Below, one piece after another: positions 41,549-53,199 of a stretch of 64,000 nt of DNA. The first letter of the stretch is position 1, and every line of letters begins with the position of its first letter. Source of the stretch: the human T2T-CHM13v2.0 reference genome, Homo sapiens; NCBI RefSeq assembly GCF_009914755.1, contig NC_060934.1. The stretch is one strand, 5' to 3'. The position numbers and the translations under genes are program-made. The notes under the pieces are model-generated. The model had not been told where the DNA came from. It saw only the letters and a program-made list of their open reading frames with translations, and did not search any database.

Positions 41549-44500
41549 CTAAAAGCAATTAATTCCTTGGTAAAAATAAAAACTTACATATAATCAATTT
41601 GAGATTAGTAGAAGGTTAAGGACAACATAGCAGTTGGTGAGTTCTCAGCACCTAGCCCCAGTTCAGCCACTTCATAGCACTGGGAAAGACATATACTTGC
41701 TACTTCTAAATTTGAAGAAGGACATCCATCTTGCAATATGCATTTACCAAATACTAAAAGTGAAATTGCACCACCAGGATAATATAGTCTATTCTAGGCC
41801 ACTTGGATTATTACTAAAAAAGGAAGAACAGGTACAAGTATTTAAAAAAAATATCAAAGCAGTAGCTTTCTTCCGCGTATGTGATGAATTGGATGTGTTG
41901 GCAAGGACTCGGTTCCAAAAGTCCAAAGCAGGGCAGCAAGTGCCACATGAGAAAATGTGGCAGCTGGGGAGAGGAGTGCACAAAACACTTCCCAGTGATG
42001 TAATTTAGGCCAGGGTAGTTATCAAGTGCTGCAGATGAAATGGGGAAATTGTGGTGTTTATGCTTTTCCTATCAATATATCAGTCAGCAACACGTGACAA
42101 AAAGAAAAAACAGGAGCAGCATACCTCAAATACTCAATACTACAGTGAATTGAAATGAAGGTAGGAAAGTCTCATGTTTCAAAATTGAAAGCAAAAATTT
42201 TCTACTGGCAATAATATTCTCTGGAAATATTTCTTAGTTATCTGGCTGGAAATAGTGGCTTTGAGATACAAAGTTCCATGTAGAAAACACGTTAGCTACT
42301 TAGGAACAGTGTCTGGAAGAAAATGAGAGCCACAAATCTGCAAGAGAAGCTTGGTATTCGTTTGCAGCAGAAACTAAGGCAATAAAATAATTCAATGCAA
42401 GTAAACTTTGGCAACCTTAGAGTGTGAAGAAAACAAGTGTAATGGAGACTGGGCCACTGGAACCCAGAGAGACCACTCGGCCTGTTGTGTTCAAGAAAAA
42501 AAGGTTCCTATAACCATTCCTTAAAATATCAGAATTCAAATGACTCCAGTAAATTTAGAGACAAAAATGATACAACTGCCTAATATGTTAAAAGACTTTC
42601 TTTCGAGATACTCTAGGAAGGCTAAGAAGAGAGCTAACCCTTACTGAGCACCTACTATGTGCTTTACATGCATGAGGATTTTATAACATCCTCATAACCC
42701 TCTGAGGGGGGAGGGGATGCTGTTCCCATTTTACAGTTGAGGAAAGTAAGGTCATATTTCACCGAAGTTGCATAGTTAATGAAATGCCAGAGTTTGGTCA
42801 AAATGAAAAAGCATCGAACAGATCACTTAAGAAAGACAGCTTGGAAGGGTTTATGTAACAAAGACAGCTTAGAAGGGTGTTATGTTTTGAATAAGAGAAA
42901 AAGACTATTTTATCTCAGCACCACTGAAGATAAGTGAGGTTTCTCCTAGTACCCACCATATCTTTGCACGACTGGAATTCTCTTATCAGCATTTCTGGAT
43001 GTACCTTGGGTTTCAGATGTATATCATACTTGCTAGTTGTATTTCAGGCTACATTGGAAGATTTAGAAGACTTGGCACTTTTCAGGCAGTGTTATGTAAT
43101 GGAACTGGGCTCTGGCTGGGACTTGGAAGCCTGGGTTCAGTTCAGACTGTGTCACTTATTAACTATGAGAGTAGTCAAGTTACGTTGTTTCTCTGGGTGC
43201 CAGTGTTTTCCATCCACATGAGGTTGGGCTAAGGGTCCTTAATAAGGACATTCCTGGCTCCATGATTCAACTCTCTATGACTCAACTGTTTAAGATTGTG
43301 ACAACTTCCATCAAAATACATTTAAAATGACCTAAGCAGTTAGCCAATTTATCCAGGCAAAAATGTTGTGTAGTTCAAATTTAAATACAAAATTTACAAA
43401 GTAGAAACAAACCCAGAAGAATAACTTCTATACTCCGACATCTGCAAGAGTAACCTGGAATGAAATGGTTTAAAGTGTTGTTTTTTTGGAGGGGGGGTTT
43501 GTTTAGAGCAAATATATATTCAAGTTCTTAGACAGCGTTGGGTGCAAATCCAAGCTCTGTTTCCTAGTAGTTCTTTAAAATCTCTGAGTTCCATTTCTTG
43601 CCTCTGTAAAATTGGAATTGATAATGAATATTAGCTGTAATTTAGTTAACGTGTTTGGCATCTAGTAGGGGCATAAATGCTAGTTTATTGTTATCACAGC
43701 AGTCATTAGGAGTTTGGTCTACAGTTGGGTACCAATTCAAAGGAAATTTCTCCACAGAGAGACGGAACCTGAGATCATAACCTCATTAACGCTGGGAACT
43801 TGCCATTAACCTGTGTCTATGCAATAAGTAAACTCAGGTGCAGAGTGGAGACATGTAATTGCTTTCTTCTAGACCTATTGGCATCGCTTTCTTTGTAAAA
43901 CTTGCTAATTCGTTCTTTAGTGGATAAAGCCTGATCAGAGGCATGGTGATGTATTTGATGACAGAGCTCAAGAAAGTATCTGAAGACAGGAGTGTCCTGG
44001 GACATCTGGAAAAAGTGGCAGTCATACTCACACACACATCCATCATTTTTGGCGTCTTTTTGCCAATTTTCCAATTTCTGTCCTATGGGCACAAGAAACA
44101 AAAGGTGCCAGGAAGAGGAGGAAGTGGGTTCTATTTGTTTACAAACTAAAAATAAAAAAATTATGATGCTAACAAATAACTAATCTGTAAATATCCCATC
44201 CACTGGAGTGACTGCCTCTTGACCCTTCCCTTAAAAGCTTCCCCTTTCCTTTTCCTCTTCCCTGCTGCCCACACACTCGCCCATCTCCTACCCTTGTCTA
44301 CACACACTTTTTGGAACTCATTTTTCCCTCCCTCTCCAAGTTTTGTTTTGGTGTTGTGATGTTGGTGGGAAGCCTGGCAGAGAAGAAAAGAGGAACAAAA
44401 GAACCACATTCAAATCACCTATGCTCTTTAAACCCTAAAACATGGAGCCAGAGGGAAACGTGAATGGCCTATTTTCTAAAAGGAAGACCAAGCGACAGTT

Positions 44501-46563
44501 TTAAACATTTCTCTGTTTTCTTGAGCAAAAAATGGCAGAATTTCAAATGTTTCCAGCCATTTTTAAAGAGGTAAGTCATGCATACTAACCAAAGCCTTAT
44601 GAAGTTCAAAAGAGAAAACAAATGATTGCTAAATGATTATTATTAGAGATGCCATGCTAATTCCTAGATCTCTTTTGTTCATAACATTATATGATTCAAA
44701 GTATAATTTTAGTGCTTTATAGATTTATGGTTGCTTTATTGATATTTTTATTATATACCATTATCACAACTAATCATGTTGATGAGGTCTTGGCCTGTAA
44801 TGGGATCTTCCCAATAATAATAGTGCTGTTATAGAATGTGACCTATTTTGTAATGATCCATTACATAACAACTTTTACAGGACAGACGTGTTATAGGACA
44901 GCTTATAATATCCCTTTAAATGCTTAAAAAATATCTTCACTAATTAAGATTTTAGAGCTATTAGCTTGAGTGGGGGTTATCAGCACATTAAAAAAGATGA
45001 TATCCTAAGGTTTGCTTTAATAATTTGTTCCCCATTTCATTTTTTAGTACCCCTTTATATAAAATTAGCTAAGAAGGATTAACAACTGTTACAAATTACT
45101 CTACGAAAAGAAAGAGGGGAGAAGGGAAGTAGGGGAACAGAAGAGAGAGAAGCCTGTTAATTCAGGCAAAACCTGAAAAAGTCTTGCTTAATATTTGGTT
45201 GTTATCAGGACTTTGGTTAGGATTTATCTATTATGTATCCAAATCCATCTACGTGGTGCCTTTCAGACAAACTGAGGTTCCAGGAAAAATCCAGTACTTT
45301 TAAATGTCATGCCAAATTATGCTTTCTCAAAGATGCTGTGCAGATTCAAACAGCTCACAATTTTGGGTTACCATGCTTGTGAAGCAATAACATCTTTGAG
45401 TTTGAGATACTGCAATTTAGCGGTTCTGGATGACTACATAATCTCTCCCTGTTGGGTTGAAATTCTACATTCTGTCCTTTCCCAAACTCTCACCGATTAA
45501 TCATCTATCCAGACAAAAAAAATGTGCTTGGAAATTTTTTTCATGCATATATGGAATTGCAAAGTAATTCCACAGAGTGGAAAATGCTGAACTTCTCATA
45601 AATGTACCATTGATCCCCAATTCAGCCTTCTGGCAAGTATAATCTTGATTTATTCTCTATTGTTGCATACCTGAATGTTTAACATCTTGCCTTTTAAATC
45701 TTCCATAAAATCTTCAAGGCCAGAGACCCCACAATAAAAACTTTCTTATATCTTTGACAGTGTCATGCCAGAAAGTACACATGAATACTTACAATTTCAC
45801 TAATTTACTTAAGAGAATAGAATTTATTATTTTGCAACAACTGGGCCATTGTTATTATATGTGCTAGTAATTACCAAGCTATCTTAGACAAGTCACTTAA
45901 CCTTCTTTGTCTTCAGTTTCCCTACTGGAAAACAATTTTTCAACTAGAGAGTTTAGGTCTTAGAGTAAGACAAAAACTTTTTAAAAAATCCTATTTGTGC
46001 CATTTAATAGAAGTAAGAATTGAACATATTATCTAATGTCTCTAAACTTCCAACTCCTCACCTATAGTTTGGGACTCAAGACAGTGGTTTCACCTCCCAG
46101 AGATTTTTTTTTTCTTTCTGAAGCAGAATAAGAATATTAACATAAAGAATGCAGCACATTACCTGAACCGTGATTCATGCTCAATAAGTCAATTATTACT
46201 ATATCAAGTTTCTTCCAGCCCCAGAGTGCTAAGATTAGGATAGAAGTAAACCCTCAATTATCAAGCATCCAGATCCCCAGTATTCTCAACCACGGGCACC
46301 ACTCTGATGCCTAAAGTGAAAAATAAAAAGTCGTATGATGGACAAACTGGTTTGAGGCCCATATTTGTACCATTGTACTCCCAGAGTAAGCAATAATTTT
46401 AATAATCATTGAACTTATGACATTCATAACTGAGTCCATAAAAAAGTCAAAGACAAAATTTTTAAAAGACAAATGATTAAGAAACCTGTTCTGAAATGCA
46501 TGCTCAAAATTAGACACAGGATGTTACCAATCTATAGTCATGGGTTTGCACAAAGACACTGAC

Positions 46564-46614
46564 CTGGCTTGCTGGAAGTGAAGAACAGAACACTCTGCTC
46601 ACAGCTGGACTTAC
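46564..46614 (-). other. RHOBTB1: RHOBTB1 51-nt non-coding 5'UTR exon
   Basis: Polypyrimidine acceptor tctctcttttatgtag| at 46615 and donor CCAG|gtcagt at 46563. Lies between exon 1 and the ATG exon; no ATG inside. Confidence 0.75.
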
Positions 46615-48731
46615 CTACATAAAAGAGAGAAATACTTTATAAATTCTACTGCCTGCCAGGAGTACATGGGGAGCCACTAAAATTTTCAACATACGTTGTT
46701 TTCTCTTTTTCCCCCGAGAAAGGGAAGAATCTGCTTTACTTTTGCTAAGTGCCAGTGTTAATGTGGCATTTCTTTGGGTCAAATACATCCTGAAATAGCT
46801 AGGTTAACATTTTGCAGGATTTGTGAAAATATATTTTTGAGCTCTTGGGACGATACCAAAAAAACAAACAAAACAAAACAAAACCCTAAAAACATTTGGC
46901 CACAAACCGATAGATAACAATGAAAATCTTACAGGCATTTTACAATACAGAACTCATAGATGTGGTCATCCTATTCAAAATAGCATTTTTAGACAATATA
47001 ATCATAATTAAAAGACCAAACAATTTTGGCTTTTCCTGTTGTATTTGTATAGCTTATAATTTGTATTATTGAGCCAATAACATCAAACTGTTACATGTGT
47101 TTCTATTTCCACCTGTGTGATCACAGAGCCTGTGTTATGCACTTAAAAAATTTTACACTATCTTCAAACTCTGGGAAAACAATCATGGGCAAAATTAGTA
47201 TATTGACTATGATATTCCTGCTTCCTAATGATTTTCCAAAGCCTTCTGCACTAGGATCAACTGGTTAAACCTTTTTCCCATTAATATGTCCAAATATGAT
47301 TCAGGAATCTCAGAGGAAACCATGTTTAATATAATAATTTACTGCCCACTCCACCTGGGGAGCAGAATGCAGACATTATTTATGCTGAAAAGAGCTTGTG
47401 TTTATTTTCTAGCAACCAGTGACTCTCTTAGGCATCTACAAGGTTACTGGAAATGAAACGTAGTTCCAAATTTCTAAACAGGGTTTGTAAACAAACTTAC
47501 CAGAGTATGTTTAAAAAGGTCTAAGCCTTGCTAAGACCAAACAAACACAGCCTATTGACTATTTACTATCTGCTGCTCGTCAGAGGACTTATACAAAGAT
47601 GAAACCACCGATAACGGTATTTTTTTTTTTTTTCTGTTTAGAGTATGTTAGTGCAGAACGTACACCACCGCAGCGGTTGGGGGTGGGGGAGCCCCAAACC
47701 AGTGAAATCTCAAGCTGAGCGTCTGGCTGGAGTTCAACAAGGCTCAGTGAACAGCACAGGATGGGGAAGTTCAAAGTCAGGGCGACTCTTCTGGTCTTAA
47801 CTTCCTAGATTTTCCTAGATCTGGGTGCCTCTGTGTATATATTAACCTTCATGCATTTTTGCCCCCAGCAATTGTGTACAGTCAGCTCCAAAGGCACAGC
47901 TTGTGTGCTAACGTGCAAAGCGAAGTCAAAACCCTGTGCTTGGCGCTCCCTTCTAACTTTCTGGCTTGTCCAAGTCTAAATATTGACATCGCTCCTCAGT
48001 TGAGATGTTTGATACTGCTGGGGATGGAAACGGTGCAGCTAACAGTAGGATCTAATGATATATTTCTACATAGTTGCCTTCCACTTCTTTTCGGGGGGCA
48101 GAGGGCTGGATTCTCCTGTCTGCACATCACCCCTTGGTTGTTTTCCCCAAAGCTGAGCACACACAGACAAGGTAAGGTGCTCTGCAAGCCCCTCATGGCA
48201 GCTCCTCCTGTTGTCACAGCAACTCACAACAGACTCCATAGACACGGGGTTGCGGGGGAGGGGAGGGGAGCGACTGTGGGCTGGCCAGTCAACTCTCAAG
48301 AGGGTGCAAGCGCCAAAGGGGCTAGCGTATTCCCCTGTCCGGGTCCTCCGGTCCCCGCCCGGCCTCCCCATACTGGCCTTCGAAGGGGAAGCGCCTTCTC
48401 GTCGGCGCGGCACCACCCCCTCCCTGGCGCAGCCAGCCTGCTAAGGGTGCCTGTTGTACATTTTCTCAGCTCCAAGTTAGGGGTGCGGCTGTGCGGGCGC
48501 TCCTAGAAATCTCTTGTGCTTGCCTCTGATGGGAGGGTCCCCGGCCTCTCAGAGAGGCGAGGGAGGCCCCCCTAGCGGCTCGGTCCCACAACTCTCTCTC
48601 GGGGCGCTGCTGGCCTCGTGGCACGGCCCAGGGCCCCCACTTGCCACCCGCTGGGGCCGGGGCGGTGGGGGCTCCGCAGCGGCTGCTCGGAGAAGTTTCA
48701 TAGCATAGAGCACTCACGACACAGAACCTAC

Positions 48732-49087
48732 CCTGAAGCCGAGCGAGACGCGAGCTCTCTCCGCCTTCAAGGGCCGGGGGGAGCGGGGGGGCCCCCGCCA
48801 CTCAGCAGCAGCCACGGCTGCGCGCGGTCGCGGGTGTGCGGGGCCCCTGCGCGCGGCGCGCCGCCCGCCGCCCAACTTTGCACAAAGGCAGCATGGCACT
48901 GCCTCGCCCTGCCGCCTCGCCCGGCGCCGTGGCCGCTCTTCCCAGTCCCGGGCGAGAGGGGCTCGCCCCTTTCCACCCGCAGCCCTCCCCTTCGCCTGCC
49001 CCCACCCCGCTCCCAGGCGGGGCAGCCAGGCGGAACGGAGCACCCGGCACCTCGCTCCGCCGCCGTGGCGGCCGCCGCTCGCACTGT
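48732..49087 (-). other. RHOBTB1: RHOBTB1 non-coding exon 1 (5' end approximate)
   Basis: Strong donor CAGG|gtaggt (GT at 48731-48730) inside the CpG island. 5' end inferred ~30 nt downstream of the TATA box; more distal isoform exons outside the window cannot be excluded. Confidence 0.7.
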
Positions 49088-49129
49088 GACGTTAGCAGCC
49101 TTCGCGGCTATTTATATCCACACGATTGG
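49085..49129 (-). promoter_or_regulatory. Core promoter: CCAAT (49125-49129), TATAAATA (49109-49116), CRE-like TGACGTTA (49087-49094), Inr-like TCACAGT
   Basis: AT-rich patch in the CpG island. The TATA box lies ~29-31 nt upstream of an Inr-like CA on the gene strand. Confidence 0.6.
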
Positions 49130-50658
49130 ATTTCATTCATGAAACCGGGGCCTGGTGTGTCTGTGCTCTGGGACACGGGTGGCAAAGGTTCCTCGGCTCT
49201 ACGCAGACCCGACGGGCCCGGGCACGGAGGCGGATCGCCCGGGACAAACCGACACAGAGCATGGGAGACCCCGGCCCTTTCCCCGCGCTGCCGGGAGGGG
49301 AGAGTCTGGGCCATCTGTGTCCCCGTACCCCTGCCCCAACATCCCACCCACTCCCGTGCCTTTGCTGGCCCTTTGTCCCAGGCTCTGGAAAAGTAAGTTG
49401 GGCCACTAACCGGCTGGGCAGCATGGCTTTCTTCCCCCTAGGAGCTGACCGGCCGCGGACTCCGAGGGAGGACATTGGCTTTTGTTTCAAAACCGAGCCC
49501 AGCTGCTGACTAAGGGCTGCATTAGCCCAGCCTCCTCCTCCCTGGGCGGCTGCACGTGCTGGCTGGCTCCTCCACTCTGGGTTACCTTCCTCCGCGACTT
49601 GGCGGGAGGGGTCCCCCCAGGGGGCGTAGGGACGCACCGCTGACCCCGACCCGGGTACAGAGGTGATTTATAACCTCCTGCAAATGGCTGAGTGAGGAGG
49701 TGAAATTGACTGTGGCCTCCATGGGCTGTCTTGGTCTTCCAAGACAGCCCATGCCTCCTCACAGAAACTTCTCTCTCTTCCAGGCTGACCGTGAGTTCTG
49801 AGGACAGAACCAGGGGTAGTTTTCATGCATTCACATAAATGCTTATAGAGTGACAAGATGCCAGGTGCCTGGCCAAGCTCTACGGAGGTGACAGTGAAAG
49901 CAAACAACCGGGTGCCTGCCATCAGGGAGCTTTCAGTCAGCCTGCTAAAATTAGTATGCCTTATGAAACCCATCACTCCTAGCCTGTAAAGAGATCACTG
50001 GGGAATAAAGACACAACTGTGTTCAGCTACCCAGAGGAATGAATATATTCATTTAATAAACCTTTATTGAGTAGGCTGTGTGCAGAGAGCTAGGGATACA
50101 AAGATGGAAACAATGTCATTCTTGGCCTCACCGGTTCTCAGGTAATGTGTTCCTAAGATACTGAAGGACTGGGAAAAGAGAGTCCATCCTATTATAAGGG
50201 ATGCTTCTTTGGCTTATCCCCCCAAAAACAGGATGCGTGAAAAAATTCTAAAAGCAAACACACTTCTTGGTCCCTCAGTTTCTTCCAGGAAACCGTCTTC
50301 AGTTTCCTGATGAATTACCCTCCAGCCAAGATTCCCAGGTGACTTCCAGTCCAGTGGATATTTCTACTCTTCCTCACTTGCTTGTATTCTCTTGAAGTCA
50401 AAGGCTTGCCTGGTGCTCTCTAAATCCCCCAGAGACCCCAGAAAATAGTGGAATCCAATGTTTTTACGAGGAAAGTTATCACCGGCAACCTCATTTGTTT
50501 AAGCCATTCCCACGGCAGTATTTTTGAAAATGGAGTTACCAAGGCCCTAGTCTTTGATATCAGAAAGAGAGGGTAGTGAAAAGTCAAGTACAGGTGTCTA
50601 CTCCAAGAACACATCCAAGAGGTGGGTGATCATTTACTTGGCATAAAACTGACTTCCC

Positions 50659-51024
<366 letters not shown>

Positions 51025-52139
51025 TCAGGTACAAATTTCTTGGGAAAAGTTAATTAACCCTGTTCACTCCTAGCAATCAGTCCTCTTCATTACAAGCTAT
51101 TTCTCATCAAACTGCCCTGGCAGCTAAAAAATAGGGTAGAAACTCAAAAGAAATGGGAATCAACATGTATCACGGCCCTCATATGTGGGGGGGCACAGGG
51201 CTGAGTGGCTTAAAACACATTTTCTCATGTAATCCCCACAACAACTGATGAGGCAGATGCTATAATTATCCTAATTATTTTACAGACGAGGTAACAGGCA
51301 TGCAGAAGTTAGTTTTCTGATGTCTTGACAGTTGCATTTGCACCTGGGGTTGTCTGTGCCAAAGTCTTATTTTATCACTGACCTGCTTTTTAACAGCCTG
51401 CTTTTCCTCAGTTTCTTCCATTTTCTCAGTTCTAAGTTAAAAAAAGTTCAGTGTCATGCTTCTCTTAAATAATAGGCAGGTGCCTATACCAGAAAGACAC
51501 ACAAAGACCCCACTTGTCAGGGTACCCTTCAGCTCTTGACCTCCACCCCCAGGGCACACCAAGGCTCACAGGCTTCCAAAAGATGCTCCTTCTAAAGGGG
51601 ATAAAGAACAGTCAGCCATGTTGGAATTACCTAGTTGAATGCCTAAATCTGAGGGAAACTGGAAGACCTTTCAAGAAAATAAGTTGGTATCAACAGTAAT
51701 TCAGATAGAGCAGAGGAAAAGTCATTGTTCTGGAAAGTGCCTCCAAACAAGGGCAGTGATCAGAGAAAGACGTTGCCACATGGTACTATGCAGCCCCAAA
51801 CTTTACTTATAAAATCTCAGACTGTGGAAAAGTTGGAGAAAATGCAGCAAGTAGTACAGACCGTATTTTGCTAATAGGAAAAGAGAGAAAAGGAATCATA
51901 TCAAATAACGCCTGTAATCACTGTCATGAGTTTATCTCTGCTCTTGTTATTTCCATGAAAAGATCCATTTTTGTATACTAAAATCATTGCTTGCTGATAG
52001 AATCAGTACCATTCCTTTAAGTAAACATAAAAAATGGTACCTAAATGGAATTCAAGCAACATTGTATCTTTAAACACTTTTCATGTTTCTGTTGCACAAA
52101 GGTGATTTTAAAACTTTTGACTAGTTTTTATGGCAAATA

Positions 52140-52975
52140 TTTTATCAAAGTCATAGGATTAAAAAAAATCCCACAAGCTAGACATAGAATTGTTCCACTA
52201 TCACAAAAGAATCCTCTCATACTACCTCTTCATATTTGCACCCCCAATCCCCAACCATTAATCTGTTCTCCATCTCTAGAGTTTTTTTATTGTGAGACTG
52301 TTATATTAATCGGAACATAAGTATGTGATGTTTTGAGATTGACTTTTTTTGTTTGTTTGTTTTTTTACTAAGCTTAATGCTCTTGAATTTCATCCATGGT
52401 ATTGAATGTATCAATAGTTCATTCCTTATTATTGCTGAATTAAATTTTTATTGCATGGATGTATCAGAGTTTGTTTATCCATTCACCCACTGAAGGATAT
52501 TTGAGTAGTTTCCAGTATTTTGCTATTAATATTATGAAAAACACTTCCGTAAACATTTGTGTATAGGTTTTGTGTGAGCATAAGTTTTTATTTCTGTGGG
52601 ATGAATACTGAAGAATGCAATTGCTAGGTCATATGCTAAATAAAAAACTGCTAAACCATTTTCCAGAATGGCTGCACCGTTCACATTTCCACCAGTAATG
52701 TATGAGAGATCTCCACATCCTCACTAGCATTTGTATTATCATCATTGTTTACAAAGTTTCACTTGTTATAATAGTTGTGTAGAGACAACTCATTGTAGTG
52801 TTACTTTGCATTCCCCTAATGAATAATAATGTTGAATATATTTTCATTGGCTTTTTTTGCCACTCTTATCTCCTCTTTGCTGAAATATCTGCTCAAGTCT
52901 TTTGCCTATTTTATAATTGGATTGTCTGTCTTTTTACTGTTGAGTTTTTAAGAGTTTAAAAAAATACATTCTGGG
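52140..52975 (-). mobile_element. Old L1M fragment
   Basis: tcaatagttcattcctt...tttgtttatccattcacccactgaagga...ttcccaccagtaatgtatgagag-like L1 3' motifs. Confidence 0.75.
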
Positions 52976-53199
52976 GTGGTAGAATTCTCAAATTGCAAAT
53001 TAAGTACTACCATCCCAAGGGAACTCTATTTTCAACTCAAATATATTGTTCAACATTTCTATTGCCATCAATTTTATCAAGAACATTCTTAGGTAAGAGA
53101 AGTACTTACATAAAACTCCTATAGAAAGGGTCTTTTCAGGTTTATTTTATAAGACTGCATTTCAGTGGTTGGTAAGAAACAGGGAGACCTTAGCCACGT

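Larger units (their letters stand above)
48230..49660. promoter_or_regulatory. CpG island / RHOBTB1 promoter
   Basis: Abrupt switch to very GC-rich, CpG-dense sequence (e.g. gcgcggcgcgccgcccgccgccc) with GC boxes, against an AT-rich CpG-depleted background. Confidence 0.93.

Noticed and set aside
42832-42885. Short imperfect ~28-bp tandem duplication (also a 14-bp duplication at 56929-56956)
   Set aside because: Ordinary slippage duplications with no further structure.
47761-47782. Possible DR1/PPRE (aagttcaaagtcag); RHOBTB1 is reported as a PPARgamma target
   Set aside because: Too degenerate to support from sequence alone.
47859-49976. Many overlapping 60-215 aa ORFs across the CpG island
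   Set aside because: Expected from stop-codon depletion in GC-rich DNA. Mostly low-complexity G/P/R/A products on both strands, with no recognisable domain.
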